This document shows, piece after piece, positions 28,158-37,805 of a stretch of 64,000 nucleotides of DNA. The DNA is from Christensenellaceae bacterium (GTDB lineage: Bacteria > Bacillota > Clostridia > Christensenellales > UMGS416). How positions within the stretch are numbered: position 1 is the first letter of the stretch; every line of letters starts with the position of its first letter. Where the stretch lies: contig OY781093.1 of the NCBI GenBank assembly GCA_963676355.1, positions 1,463,010-1,527,009 on the forward strand, written 5' to 3'. Made by a program: the position numbers and the translations under genes. The notes under the pieces were generated by a model, which ran no database searches, was not told the DNA's origin, and saw only the letters and a program-made list of their open reading frames with translations.

Positions 28158-29846
28158 TTAGTCGCCTGAGTATGCGACTTTATATACTTCATCAATGGTT
28201 GTGATGCCTTTTAGCAGTAATCGGGTACATTCTTTTTTTAGTGTGCTCATTCCGGCTTTAAGAGCATAGTCACGTATTTCATCCACAGATTTACCAAGAG
28301 AAATCATATCTCTTAATTCTCTGTCAACATTCAAGACTTCATGCACCGCTATCCTGCCTTTGTATCCAGTGTTGTTGCATGATGCACATCCGGTTCCACG
28401 ATAGAACTTATGGCCGCTTCCTGCTCTGATTCCTATATATTCAAGATCTGCCTTAGTTAAATCGATTTCCTTTTTGCACACTGGGCAAACTTTGCGCACC
28501 AATCGCTGAGCTATAATTCCAACAAGGGAAGCTGAAAGCATAAAAGGTTCAACACCCATGTCAATTAGTCTTGAAACGGTGGATGCTGAGTCGTTTGTAT
28601 GTATGGTTGAAAGCACAAGATGGCCTGTTATTGCGGCACGGATAGCTATTTCAACTGTTTCTCTGTCGCGCATTTCACCAATCATTATTATGTCGGGGTC
28701 CTGTCGGAGTATAGAGCGCAATGCAGAAGGAAATGAAAGACCTGCTTTTACGTTCACTTGAACTTGGTTTAGACCCTCCATCATATATTCCACAGGATCT
28801 TCGACAGTTATTATGTTATCGGATTCCTGGTTTAATTCATCAAGCATTGTATAAAGTGTTGTGGATTTACCAGAGCCTGTAGGACCTGTGACAAGAATTA
28901 TTCCATGGGGATTAAGCATTAGGTTATCAAAAAGCTCAAGGTTCTCTTCTGTAAATCCAAGTTCAGATTTTGGTCGCAAGAAAGAAGAACGATCCAGAAG
29001 ACGCAAAACGGCTTTTTCTCCATGTACTGTGGGAAGTGTTGATATACGAACATCAATATCATGACCCATGATGTTAATCTCGGCTCTGCCGTCCTGCGGG
29101 ACTCGTTTTTCTGCTATGTTCATGTTGCCCATGATTTTTATTCTGGCAATGATGCTATTTAGTGCATTTATTGGTGCGTTAAGTGCTTTTGACATCCTGC
29201 CGTCAACACGTGTTCTTACGCGTATTTCATTTTCCAAAGGTTCAATGTGGATATCACTTGCGCCTATTTTTACTGCCTGTTCTATAATGGAATTTATAAG
29301 GCGAACTATAGGGGCATTGCCCACTTCGTCGCTTGTTGGATCAATGTCTGCCACGATTTCATCAAAATCATATTCGCGGGACAAGTCTTCCAGCGCTTTT
29401 TCTGTGTATTCATTGCTATAGAGGGCGTCAATTGCTTTGTGTATTTCAACAGGTGTTGCAAGCAATGGCTGAACGTGCATTTTGGTGACCATCTTCACAT
29501 CGTCAATTGCAAGGAAGCTATATGGGTCTTCCATAGCTACGTGGATGGTGTCACCTTGTATTTTAACAGGCACAAGAGAGTGTCTCTGCGCTATGTTTAT
29601 AGGAACATATTGAGTTAGCTCAGGATCAATCTTAATCCTAGCCAGATTGACAAAGGGAATTCCTAGCTGACCTTCCAAAACATTCATAAGTTTTTGCTCG
29701 TCAACATAGCCAAGCTCTTTGAGCACATCACCCAAGCGCTTGTATTTTGATTCTTTTTGAATCGCTAGGGCTTTGTTGAGCTGATCGGCATTGATTACGC
29801 CAGAATCCAGCAGCATTTCACCCAGGTATTTTTTTTTACTTGCCAA
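28158..29846 (-). CDS. pilB: type IV pilus assembly ATPase PilB/GspE
   Basis: It has an N-terminal T2SSE_N domain, Walker A (GPTGSGKSTT) and a tetracysteine motif (CPVCKK...CASCNNTGYKGR). Confidence 0.9.
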   Translation of the reverse strand: MASKKKYLGEMLLDSGVINADQLNKALAIQKESKYKRLGDVLKELGYVDEQKLMNVLEGQLGIPFVNLARIKIDPELTQYVPINIAQRHSLVPVKIQGDTIHVAMEDPYSFLAIDDVKMVTKMHVQPLLATPVEIHKAIDALYSNEYTEKALEDLSREYDFDEIVADIDPTSDEVGNAPIVRLINSIIEQAVKIGASDIHIEPLENEIRVRTRVDGRMSKALNAPINALNSIIARIKIMGNMNIAEKRVPQDGRAEINIMGHDIDVRISTLPTVHGEKAVLRLLDRSSFLRPKSELGFTEENLELFDNLMLNPHGIILVTGPTGSGKSTTLYTMLDELNQESDNIITVEDPVEYMMEGLNQVQVNVKAGLSFPSALRSILRQDPDIIMIGEMRDRETVEIAIRAAITGHLVLSTIHTNDSASTVSRLIDMGVEPFMLSASLVGIIAQRLVRKVCPVCKKEIDLTKADLEYIGIRAGSGHKFYRGTGCASCNNTGYKGRIAVHEVLNVDRELRDMISLGKSVDEIRDYALKAGMSTLKKECTRLLLKGITTIDEVYKVAYSGD

Positions 29847-29963
29847 AACAACACCCCCGGAAACATATTACACTTATATAATATATGAATACACCACTTA
29901 ATTCAACTTCAAACAATAATTATGATATAATATAAAAGAATACAATTTGGAGATTAAAACAAT

Positions 29964-31220
29964 ATGATTGATATAATTGATAAAAAGAAAAAAGGCAAGG
30001 CACTTACAAAAGAAGAAATAGACACTTTTGTGAAGGGATTGGTGGATAAAACCATTCCTGATTATCAAACAGCTGCGCTTTTAATGGCAATCTGCTTAAA
30101 CGGCATGAATATGGAAGAGACTACAAATCTTACACTTGCAATGGTGAATTCCGGAGACAGAGCAGATTTATCTGAACTTTCTGGAGTAAAAGTGGATAAG
30201 CACTCCACCGGTGGAGTGGGGGATGCGACCACTATGATAGTGGTGCCGCTTGTAACAGCCTGCGGAGCAACAGTTGCAAAAATGAGCGGTCGTGGCTTAG
30301 GTCACACCGGAGGAACGTTGGACAAGCTTTCTGCTATCCCGGGAATGAGCGTGGATTTTACAAGAGAAGAGTTCATGAATCTTGTTAAAGAAAACGGATT
30401 TGCAGTTGTAGGTCAGTCGGGAAATTTAGCTCCTGCGGACAAGATACTATATGCTTTGCGTGATGTCACTGCAACGGTGGACAATGTTTCGCTTATCGCA
30501 AGTTCTATCATGAGTAAAAAAATTGCAGGTGGGGCAGATGCTCTTGTGCTTGATGTAAAATACGGAAGCGGCGCTTTTATGCACAAAAAAGAGGACGCAA
30601 AAGAGCTTGCGGACATCATGGTACAAATAGGGAATAATGCAGGGGTTAACACGCGCGCGGTGCTTTCGGACATGAATCAGCCGCTTGCAACTCACATAGG
30701 CAATTCAATTGAAGTAAAAGAAGTGGTTGAAACACTAAAGGGAAACAACATGAACTCACGCCTTCTTAAAACTTCGCTTAAACTGGGTGCTAATATGCTT
30801 GTATTATGCGAGATTGCAAAAGATTTGGATGAAGGAAAGAAGCTGATGCTCGATGCTCTGGAGAGCGGCAGGGGATTTGAAAAGTTTAAGGCTTTTGTCA
30901 AAGCGCAGGGTGGCGATGTATCTACTATAGAAGATACAAACTTACTGCCAACTGCCAGAAAGTTTTCTGAAGTTAAGGTGGAAAAGAGTGGTGTGATTGA
31001 AAGCATGGACACAGAAGGCATTGGCAGGAGCGCGATGCTTCTGGGCGCAGGGCGTGAAACCAAAGCTGATGAAATAGACATGGCAGTTGGGCTTGTGATG
31101 AAATGTGAACTGGGTGACAGCGTTAAAAAGGGCGACATCCTGTGTGTGATGCACATTAATGATGATGCAAACGAACAGGCAGCCAAGAAGCTATTTTTAG
31201 ACAGTGTTCATATAAAATAA
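29964..31220 (+). CDS. pdp: pyrimidine-nucleoside (thymidine) phosphorylase
   Basis: It matches the glycosyl-transferase family 3 / PYNP family (KHSTGGVGD...SGRGLGHTGGTLDKL). An extended -10 (TGATATAAT) lies upstream. Confidence 0.9.
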   Translation: MIDIIDKKKKGKALTKEEIDTFVKGLVDKTIPDYQTAALLMAICLNGMNMEETTNLTLAMVNSGDRADLSELSGVKVDKHSTGGVGDATTMIVVPLVTACGATVAKMSGRGLGHTGGTLDKLSAIPGMSVDFTREEFMNLVKENGFAVVGQSGNLAPADKILYALRDVTATVDNVSLIASSIMSKKIAGGADALVLDVKYGSGAFMHKKEDAKELADIMVQIGNNAGVNTRAVLSDMNQPLATHIGNSIEVKEVVETLKGNNMNSRLLKTSLKLGANMLVLCEIAKDLDEGKKLMLDALESGRGFEKFKAFVKAQGGDVSTIEDTNLLPTARKFSEVKVEKSGVIESMDTEGIGRSAMLLGAGRETKADEIDMAVGLVMKCELGDSVKKGDILCVMHINDDANEQAAKKLFLDSVHIK

Positions 31221-31248
31221 GTAAGTTAAATTGGAATAAGAGTAATAT

Positions 31249-31279
31249 AAAAGCCTCGCTTAGCAGCGAGGCTTTTGTT
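31249..31279. terminator. bidirectional terminator between pdp (+) and the flotillin gene (-)
   Basis: The sequence is aaaagcctcgct-tagc-agcgaggcttttg. Confidence 0.7.
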
Positions 31280-31295
31280 GTATCAGTTATTTGTT

Positions 31296-32705
31296 TTATT
31301 GCTCAGGTGTTGCATTTTCAATAACTTTTTCAGCTACCTGTTCAGCTATTTCTTTCTTTGTTTTTCCCAGATACTCAGGAAGTTCCATACCAGCCATGTC
31401 AAACAATTCGTTCATAGGCGGCAAGCTCTTCATAAGGCCTGAAAGGAAGTTCGCAGTGGATGATTTACCATCGCCTTGAGAACCGCTGTCCCAAACAGTA
31501 ACTTTGTCAATCTTGAGGTTCTTGATGGCGTCAACCTGAACGCGGATGATGTCTTCCATCTTGTCGGCTATCATCATGCGTACTGCGGCATCTGGATTGC
31601 CGTCTGTGGCGGCGATGATTTCTTTGAAACCTTCGGCCTGTTTTACAAGCATTTCATTAAGACCGCGAGCCTGAGCTTCCATCTTCTGATAGATAGCATC
31701 AGCTTCACCTTTGGCTATACGTCTGTAGCGCTCGGCCTGTGCTTCAGCGTCGATTTCTGCTTTGCGTTTTTCAATCTCCGCTTTAACGATGATGTCGGCT
31801 TCTTTTGAAGCTTTTTCTCTTGAAGCTCTCTTAAGTTCTGCAGCTTCTTCAGCGGCATATGACTCTTCTAAAGCTTTAGCTGTCTGAACTTTTTCAGCAG
31901 CGATTGCAATCTTTAACGCTTCAGCTTCTTTTTCACGCCTTAGCGCGTCTGATTTTGCGATTGTAATTTTAGCTGTGTTTTCACCTTCAACTGCCTGTGA
32001 GTTTGCTTCGGCAACGCTTACACGCTCGTCTTTTTGTGCAACAGCTTCGCCGATAGAACCGTCTCTTGTTTTTTCAGCAACGCTTTTTCTTGCATCGTTT
32101 ATGGCTTTTGCAGCAGCTTCTTTACCAAGAGCTTCTATATAGCCTGATTCATCGTTGATGTCTGTTACGTTAACGTTGATTAAGCGAAGACCAATTTTTT
32201 TAAGTTCGCTTTCCACATTGCCTGAAACTGCTGAAAGGAATAAATCTCTATCAGTATTAATTTCTTCGATGTCCATTGTGGCAACTACCAAACGCAGCTG
32301 ACCGAAGATGATGTCTTTTGCAAGCTCTTCTATTTCGCTCATTTTAAGACCGAGCAAACGTTCTGCAGCGTTTTGCATGATGCCTGTTTCAGTGGATATA
32401 CCAACTGTGAAACGAGAGGGAACATCGATGCGGATATTCTGCTTTGAAAGTGCATTGGTAAGGTCTACCGTGATTGCCATTGGGGTAAGGCTCATAAATT
32501 CATAGTGCTGGAAAACCGGCCATATAAATGCGGCGCCACCATGTATGCATTTTGCGCTTTTGTTTTCGCCCTCAGCGCCACGTCCGACTTTACCGTAAAC
32601 TACGAGTATCCTGTCGGAAGGACATTTTTTGTATCTTGTCAGTATCGCTATAAAAGTCGTGAACAAGATGAGAATTATTACTACTACTAGTGCTAATGAA
32701 TCCAT
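31296..32705 (-). CDS. flotillin-like SPFH/Band-7 protein (FloT/YuaG type)
   Basis: It has an N-terminal TM helix, an SPFH domain and a long Ala/Glu-rich coiled-coil (EA repeats) typical of flotillins. Confidence 0.85.
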   Translation of the reverse strand: MDSLALVVVIILILFTTFIAILTRYKKCPSDRILVVYGKVGRGAEGENKSAKCIHGGAAFIWPVFQHYEFMSLTPMAITVDLTNALSKQNIRIDVPSRFTVGISTETGIMQNAAERLLGLKMSEIEELAKDIIFGQLRLVVATMDIEEINTDRDLFLSAVSGNVESELKKIGLRLINVNVTDINDESGYIEALGKEAAAKAINDARKSVAEKTRDGSIGEAVAQKDERVSVAEANSQAVEGENTAKITIAKSDALRREKEAEALKIAIAAEKVQTAKALEESYAAEEAAELKRASREKASKEADIIVKAEIEKRKAEIDAEAQAERYRRIAKGEADAIYQKMEAQARGLNEMLVKQAEGFKEIIAATDGNPDAAVRMMIADKMEDIIRVQVDAIKNLKIDKVTVWDSGSQGDGKSSTANFLSGLMKSLPPMNELFDMAGMELPEYLGKTKKEIAEQVAEKVIENATPEQ

Positions 32706-32714
32706 ATGTATCTC

Positions 32715-33407
32715 CTATCTTTTTACTATTAATGTATTTGATATATTTCCGACTACTTTGACGTTTTCGCCGGTTTTAAGCATTGTTTCTTCATCGCTAA
32801 GTGCTTCAGCTTCCACAAGGCGCTCCTGCACCATGACCATTATTTTGCCTTTTCCGCCGCGATTTGCGGGTATGGGTATGTAAACTTCTGCAGTTTTTCC
32901 AATAGCGTTTGAATATTTTATGTTTCCGCTGGATTGCAGGCGTTTTACTGCAAAGAACATGAGCCCTATCACAAGCATGGCTATAAGCCCACACACAATA
33001 GCCAGAAACACGGTTAAATAAGTTTCTATTCCGGATGCATAAAAAGTGAGCCCTGACCATCCGAAGATACAAAAGAACGCGACAATTCCTCTTACCGTAA
33101 AGAATCTGAAACCGGCGGCTTCAAGTCCATGGTCATGTCCATCCGCATGCGCATCCATATGCATATCAATATGTGCATCTGCATCAAAGTCTGCATCCAT
33201 GTCGGCGTCTGCATCCATATCAAAGTCGGAATCTGTGTCCATGTCAAAGTCCGCGTCGGAATCAGCGTCAGCATCATGCCCGCCCAAGCCGATGATAGAC
33301 ATTATTGACTGTATAAGCAAGACCAAAGTAAATGGAATTGCGATGTAATAAAAGACTTGCTGAATCGCAGCTAAGCCACTCCACCATTCGTTCATACTTC
33401 CTCCCAT
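32715..33407 (-). CDS. NfeD-like membrane protein (YuaF-type flotillin partner) with an Asp/His-rich low-complexity insert
   Basis: It has TM helices and a C-terminal OB-fold (GKTAEVYI...VKVVG), and lies immediately upstream of the flotillin gene. A 50-aa D/A/H-rich tract (DADADSDADFDMDTDSDFDMDADADMDADFDADAHIDMHMDAHADGHDHG) is inserted. Confidence 0.7.
   Translation of the reverse strand: MGGSMNEWWSGLAAIQQVFYYIAIPFTLVLLIQSIMSIIGLGGHDADADSDADFDMDTDSDFDMDADADMDADFDADAHIDMHMDAHADGHDHGLEAAGFRFFTVRGIVAFFCIFGWSGLTFYASGIETYLTVFLAIVCGLIAMLVIGLMFFAVKRLQSSGNIKYSNAIGKTAEVYIPIPANRGGKGKIMVMVQERLVEAEALSDEETMLKTGENVKVVGNISNTLIVKR
33125..33285. repeat. low-complexity coding repeat (GAC/GCA/CAT-rich) encoding the D/A/H tract of the NfeD protein
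   Basis: Iterated gcatc/catgtc/gtcgga units are seen directly. They give rise to spurious overlapping ORFs in other frames. Confidence 0.6.
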
Positions 33408-33795
33408 TTTAAATTATTTTTAATAGAAATCTATTTTGTAAGAATTTTTTGTCAGACAGATTATAACATAATTATAGATATATATGGTAATCGTTTCTTA
33501 AAAATATCATAAAGAAATTTGAAGTGTCGTTTTCAACTATTTATCGTTTTTAAAATACTGGTATTCACACTTTTTTAAGCGCATGGCAAGCGATTTTGGT
33601 ATTTGGAGATTTGTTAAGAGTATATTGTCTTGTATGTAGATTAAAGCTGGTTTAGTGTGCAAGAATGGCTTGTGACTATAAAATTAATAGTTTCTTTATA
33701 AAAAAGTAAAAAAACATATATAAATAAGCCTCAAAATGCGGTATAATACGGTATTGTTATATGATAATTAAATCAAGGAGAAACTTTACTGACTG

Positions 33796-34785
33796 ATGCG
33801 AAAAAGAATAATAGTACTGTTTTTAACATTCATAATTATATTTTCATTTTCATCATGCAAAGAGAAAAGCTGCAAAGATTTGTTCGATGAGCTTAACTTT
33901 TCGCTCGAAACTTTGAGCAGTTGGCAGGCTGAAATAAAATATATCGATGAAACACGTGGTACATTTGAAGATACATATACTAAAGTAAAATACAACGAAG
34001 CTAATCCCGGTGAGCTTTTAAGTTTGATTAATTGTTTTGAAGGAGCTCAAGTAGTTGATTCTCCGGATTCTTTCATTTTTTCTGCTGAGGGAATGAGCGA
34101 ATATATAATAAACTTTTATCTAGACGATGTGGAAGAACCCGCTTTGTCTTTTTACTATTTTGCTGGAGAAAATATTTTAACTCGAGTTATTCGATCTTTT
34201 GATGAAGAAAAGCAACTGGATGTTTTAGAATATGAGTATTACACGCCTTATGGTGATTTGTTGTCTAAAGTGCAGGGATATCGTCAGATAGCAACAGAGC
34301 CAACCAGTGAGAAGCAACAGCTCTCTTTAAACCAAAAGCAGCTGATAGCTGCTGTTGATCCTGAAGAGCTTGAAGAGCGCATGATATATATTGAAGATGA
34401 ATATCAAGCACAAGAAGATGCGGAAATGGGTGAAATTGCATTTGAGATATACGATGGTGAGCTGCCTGAAGATGAAGGAACAGGCTGCAAACTTTATAGC
34501 TATGAGGACATTGAAACCTTGGAAGACAATGAACTTGTAATTCTTGCAAGACATGCTGATGAAAAAGGTGATATTCAGGAGCTTATTGTAACGTTTATAG
34601 AATATAATACTATTTATACAATAGTAACGGTGTCTTATCCTAACACTGAGCTTTTAGCGGAGCTGGGCGTAAAAGTGGACAATGCAGTAAAACTTAATAG
34701 AGAAAGTATTGATATAAATAAAAAAATTGTGTTTGTGGATGACCAAGGCGAAGTAATATATGTAATAGTGCCATTTCAGAATTAA
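33796..34785 (+). CDS. hypothetical lipoprotein
   Basis: It has a signal peptide with a lipobox (FSFSSC|KEK). The mature part is acidic and has no recognisable domain. Confidence 0.55.
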   Translation: MRKRIIVLFLTFIIIFSFSSCKEKSCKDLFDELNFSLETLSSWQAEIKYIDETRGTFEDTYTKVKYNEANPGELLSLINCFEGAQVVDSPDSFIFSAEGMSEYIINFYLDDVEEPALSFYYFAGENILTRVIRSFDEEKQLDVLEYEYYTPYGDLLSKVQGYRQIATEPTSEKQQLSLNQKQLIAAVDPEELEERMIYIEDEYQAQEDAEMGEIAFEIYDGELPEDEGTGCKLYSYEDIETLEDNELVILARHADEKGDIQELIVTFIEYNTIYTIVTVSYPNTELLAELGVKVDNAVKLNRESIDINKKIVFVDDQGEVIYVIVPFQN

Positions 34786-34790
34786 AGAAT

Positions 34791-34822
34791 GATTTTAAAG
34801 GCTGTGTGTACACACAGCCTTT
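34791..34822. terminator. bidirectional terminator between convergent genes
   Basis: The sequence is aaaggctgtgtgtacacacagcctttttta, a perfect stem flanked by A-runs and T-runs. Confidence 0.75.
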
Positions 34823-34827
34823 TTTAT

Positions 34828-37599
34828 TTAGCTTATTTTTTCACCAAAACTTAATTCGCACAGTAAATCAAATATTTCGCTGTCTTTACATATATAATAT
34901 TGTTCGCTTGCATTGTTTGAGCCATACAGTCTGTAAGTTTTTTTGATATAAACTGTTTTTGAATCGACAAACCCTATTATACTGAGACTGCCGACGCCTT
35001 CCTGCGGAGCAAGCTCGATATCCCATGAAATATCAGAGTTTGGCAAAATGGGAATCTGAGGGATTTCTTCCACGCCATACTTTTCAAGCTTTTTGCCCAA
35101 AGACATTGCCCAGAAAATGATGTCATCATCATTCGTTATTTTTGAGCCTTCAAAGCCAAGATCTTTCACATCACTGCTGATTGTTGTTGTAATCGATGCG
35201 ATGCCGCCGGGCATGTCTCCTACTATGGGGGTGATGTATCTGAGTTCCTCGCGGTATTCAGGAAGCTTGGGACTTTTGTCATCGTCTATTATATATTCTG
35301 ACACATCGGTGTTTATTCTAAATGTCTCAATGCCCGACATCCATAGTTCTTCTCCTTCTGCAACGAAGTATCTGGCTTTTTTATTTTGCTCGTATATCAT
35401 CAATATCGCGGTGTTGTTAATAGTGTCAAAGCTGTAGTGAAATTCGCAGGCGCTAATATCGTTTTCGATATTTATTTTAACCATGTATCCTAAAAAGCCT
35501 AATTCTGTGTGCGAATACATGCGGCCTTCGCTTCCTTCTTCAACTTCAGTCCATTCAGCGTTTTTGACAGCTTCAATAAATGCGGTGTTAGCAAGGTTTT
35601 TTGGGTTTTCTTCGGCATACCATAAATTTATCAAGGTCCCCGAATCTGCTTCGCCGCGAATGAATCTGTGAACATTAACGAATCGCGCAATTCCATTTTG
35701 GAAGTTTAAGTTTAAGTATGCACCTTCAAGCGGCAATTCTTTTTTTAAGGGGACAGGGAGTGAAATATTGTAGTCATTGTTGATTTTATCAACTCTGTAT
35801 TTTAGCTGATTATACAGTGAATCATAAACAGAGGTAAAACTGAGCTCTTGGAGCCTTGGGTAATCATTCATGGAAAGTGACTCTTTTTCTTGTACATCTA
35901 TGTCTATAAGCTCCCAAGTTTGTTCGTCATATTTTGCTGTCACGACATAGAGCTTTGCGTATTCAGTTTGTGTGCTTGTGCTGCTGTATGAAGCTGTCAA
36001 TACCGCCGCTGTTATAGGATTGTCAAATTCTTCTGACAGGGGGAACAATGCGGCAATTTGAAGCGAATCGTCATTTGCTTTATTGTCCAAAACATATATT
36101 TGCATATCACGGGCAAGCGCAGAATATGGATTATTGATTGGTTCAAAGGTTTTTGCTATATTCGCTTTAATTGAGGAAAATCTATCTATCGTTTCTTCTG
36201 AATTGGTTCCTAATGCCAAATGACTTTTTGCCAAGGAATTATAATCAGCCATAGCGTCTTGACTAAGTTTATTTTCTACAAAAGATAAATCGTTATTTTC
36301 AAGCATTCCTGCATATTCATCCATATATAGGTTGATTTCGTCTGAAGTTGACGGGAAAATAATTTTCTGGACTTTATATTCGCCATTCGGATTTTTGTCT
36401 AGGACAGCGAAAAATGGCTTGTAGACTGCTTCGTGCTCAAGCGGCGGAACAAAAGTGAATGTGCCTGAATAGCCCCAAAGCATAAATTCATCAGAATTGC
36501 CGCTATTTGCAGGTTTGCTGCCCAATAAATATATCTCAGGTATTACAGGCCAATTTGAGGACAGGACTACATTTTCAAATTCAACAGATAAAAGATGCTG
36601 CTTTATAATATCCTCAGGGTCATTTGTATTAAATGATTGAAGTTGGTATTTATTTAACAGAGCATTAAGCATGTATTGTGCTGTAGTTGATCTATTTGTT
36701 GCATCTGTTTTGTAATTATCATCGTAATATTGCCTTAAATAGTCAATAGAACTTTCCAGACTGTCGCTGAGTATTGCCAGCTCAAAGGAGAGTTTTTTTG
36801 CTGCGCCATGTATTTCGATTTTATCAAAATCCTCATGGATGAAAACAGTATCCATCACAACTTTTATCCTAGACTGTGCATCTAAATCATTCCAATGAAC
36901 AAATCTTGCCGAAAAACCGTTTTTTGCCATGCCGGAAGGGAAAGATACCAGCATTCCCTCTGAGGACTCTACAGCAATAGCTGGTTTATGTGCACCATAT
37001 TTTTCTACGGCAAAAGGACCTAAATCCAGCGATGTGAATCCAAAATCAAAATTGCTATCGTTTATATGCATATCGACACTGACAAATCTGGAATCGGGGG
37101 AGGGAGTAGTTATTATAACAAGATAATAATCGTGGTTTTCTTCTTGTGTAACTTTATCGGTAAGATATCCGTGTTTATGCAGTTCCTCGCTTAGCGAACT
37201 GTCTTCAAGTTTGAGTTTTGCGGTGTATATTCCTGATTCGTCAAACTCATGAGTATATTGACGGTATTTGTTGGTTTTTTCTAGTTGATATACATCTACA
37301 TGCCTAAGATTTGCTCTTTCCAGAGCTTCTTTTTCTTCAGAAGATAAAGATGAACTCTCTTGGGTAGAAACAGCTGATTTTTCTGGAGAAGAAATGGCTG
37401 ATTGTTCTTGGCTGGGCGCTGGTGTAGCGGCGTTTACATCCTGTCGCTTATCATTTACTAAATACTTAAAGGTTATGGTGCCTATAATTAATATAACTGC
37501 TAAAAATAATATAAGCAGTATGATGTTTCTTACTCGAATCTTGTTTTCATCCCGAGTGCTTTTGGAAGATATACCTTCAAAATTCATATCATTTTTCAT
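34828..37599 (-). CDS. large (923 aa) signal-anchored surface protein of unknown function
   Basis: It has a single N-terminal TM helix (IILLILFLAVILIIGTITF) and a Ser/Thr/Pro-rich linker. The ~800-aa extracytoplasmic region has no recognisable motifs. Confidence 0.5.
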   Translation of the reverse strand: MKNDMNFEGISSKSTRDENKIRVRNIILLILFLAVILIIGTITFKYLVNDKRQDVNAATPAPSQEQSAISSPEKSAVSTQESSSLSSEEKEALERANLRHVDVYQLEKTNKYRQYTHEFDESGIYTAKLKLEDSSLSEELHKHGYLTDKVTQEENHDYYLVIITTPSPDSRFVSVDMHINDSNFDFGFTSLDLGPFAVEKYGAHKPAIAVESSEGMLVSFPSGMAKNGFSARFVHWNDLDAQSRIKVVMDTVFIHEDFDKIEIHGAAKKLSFELAILSDSLESSIDYLRQYYDDNYKTDATNRSTTAQYMLNALLNKYQLQSFNTNDPEDIIKQHLLSVEFENVVLSSNWPVIPEIYLLGSKPANSGNSDEFMLWGYSGTFTFVPPLEHEAVYKPFFAVLDKNPNGEYKVQKIIFPSTSDEINLYMDEYAGMLENNDLSFVENKLSQDAMADYNSLAKSHLALGTNSEETIDRFSSIKANIAKTFEPINNPYSALARDMQIYVLDNKANDDSLQIAALFPLSEEFDNPITAAVLTASYSSTSTQTEYAKLYVVTAKYDEQTWELIDIDVQEKESLSMNDYPRLQELSFTSVYDSLYNQLKYRVDKINNDYNISLPVPLKKELPLEGAYLNLNFQNGIARFVNVHRFIRGEADSGTLINLWYAEENPKNLANTAFIEAVKNAEWTEVEEGSEGRMYSHTELGFLGYMVKINIENDISACEFHYSFDTINNTAILMIYEQNKKARYFVAEGEELWMSGIETFRINTDVSEYIIDDDKSPKLPEYREELRYITPIVGDMPGGIASITTTISSDVKDLGFEGSKITNDDDIIFWAMSLGKKLEKYGVEEIPQIPILPNSDISWDIELAPQEGVGSLSIIGFVDSKTVYIKKTYRLYGSNNASEQYYICKDSEIFDLLCELSFGEKIS

Positions 37600-37805
37600 T
37601 GAATCTCCTTTGTGTTCACAAGAATCTCATTTGTTGTATCTACTTATAGTTTTGGATAATTATCTCATGGAAATCATAAAATGACAATTGACATATTTCA
37701 TAATATTTTGAGAAAAGCTAAGTTTATGATAAAATATAAATAGATATAAGATGTTTACTTCTATATGAATATAATATTTCTCCTGAACCATGTTCGACGA
37801 TTATA

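Noticed and set aside
33046-33348. ORFs on both strands (33046-33348 plus-strand, 33092-33277 minus-strand) with repetitive SASASIS or MQTPTWMQT translations.
   Set aside because: They are artefacts of the GAC/GCA/CAT DNA repeat inside the NfeD gene. The NfeD frame is the one that continues into TM and OB-fold domains.
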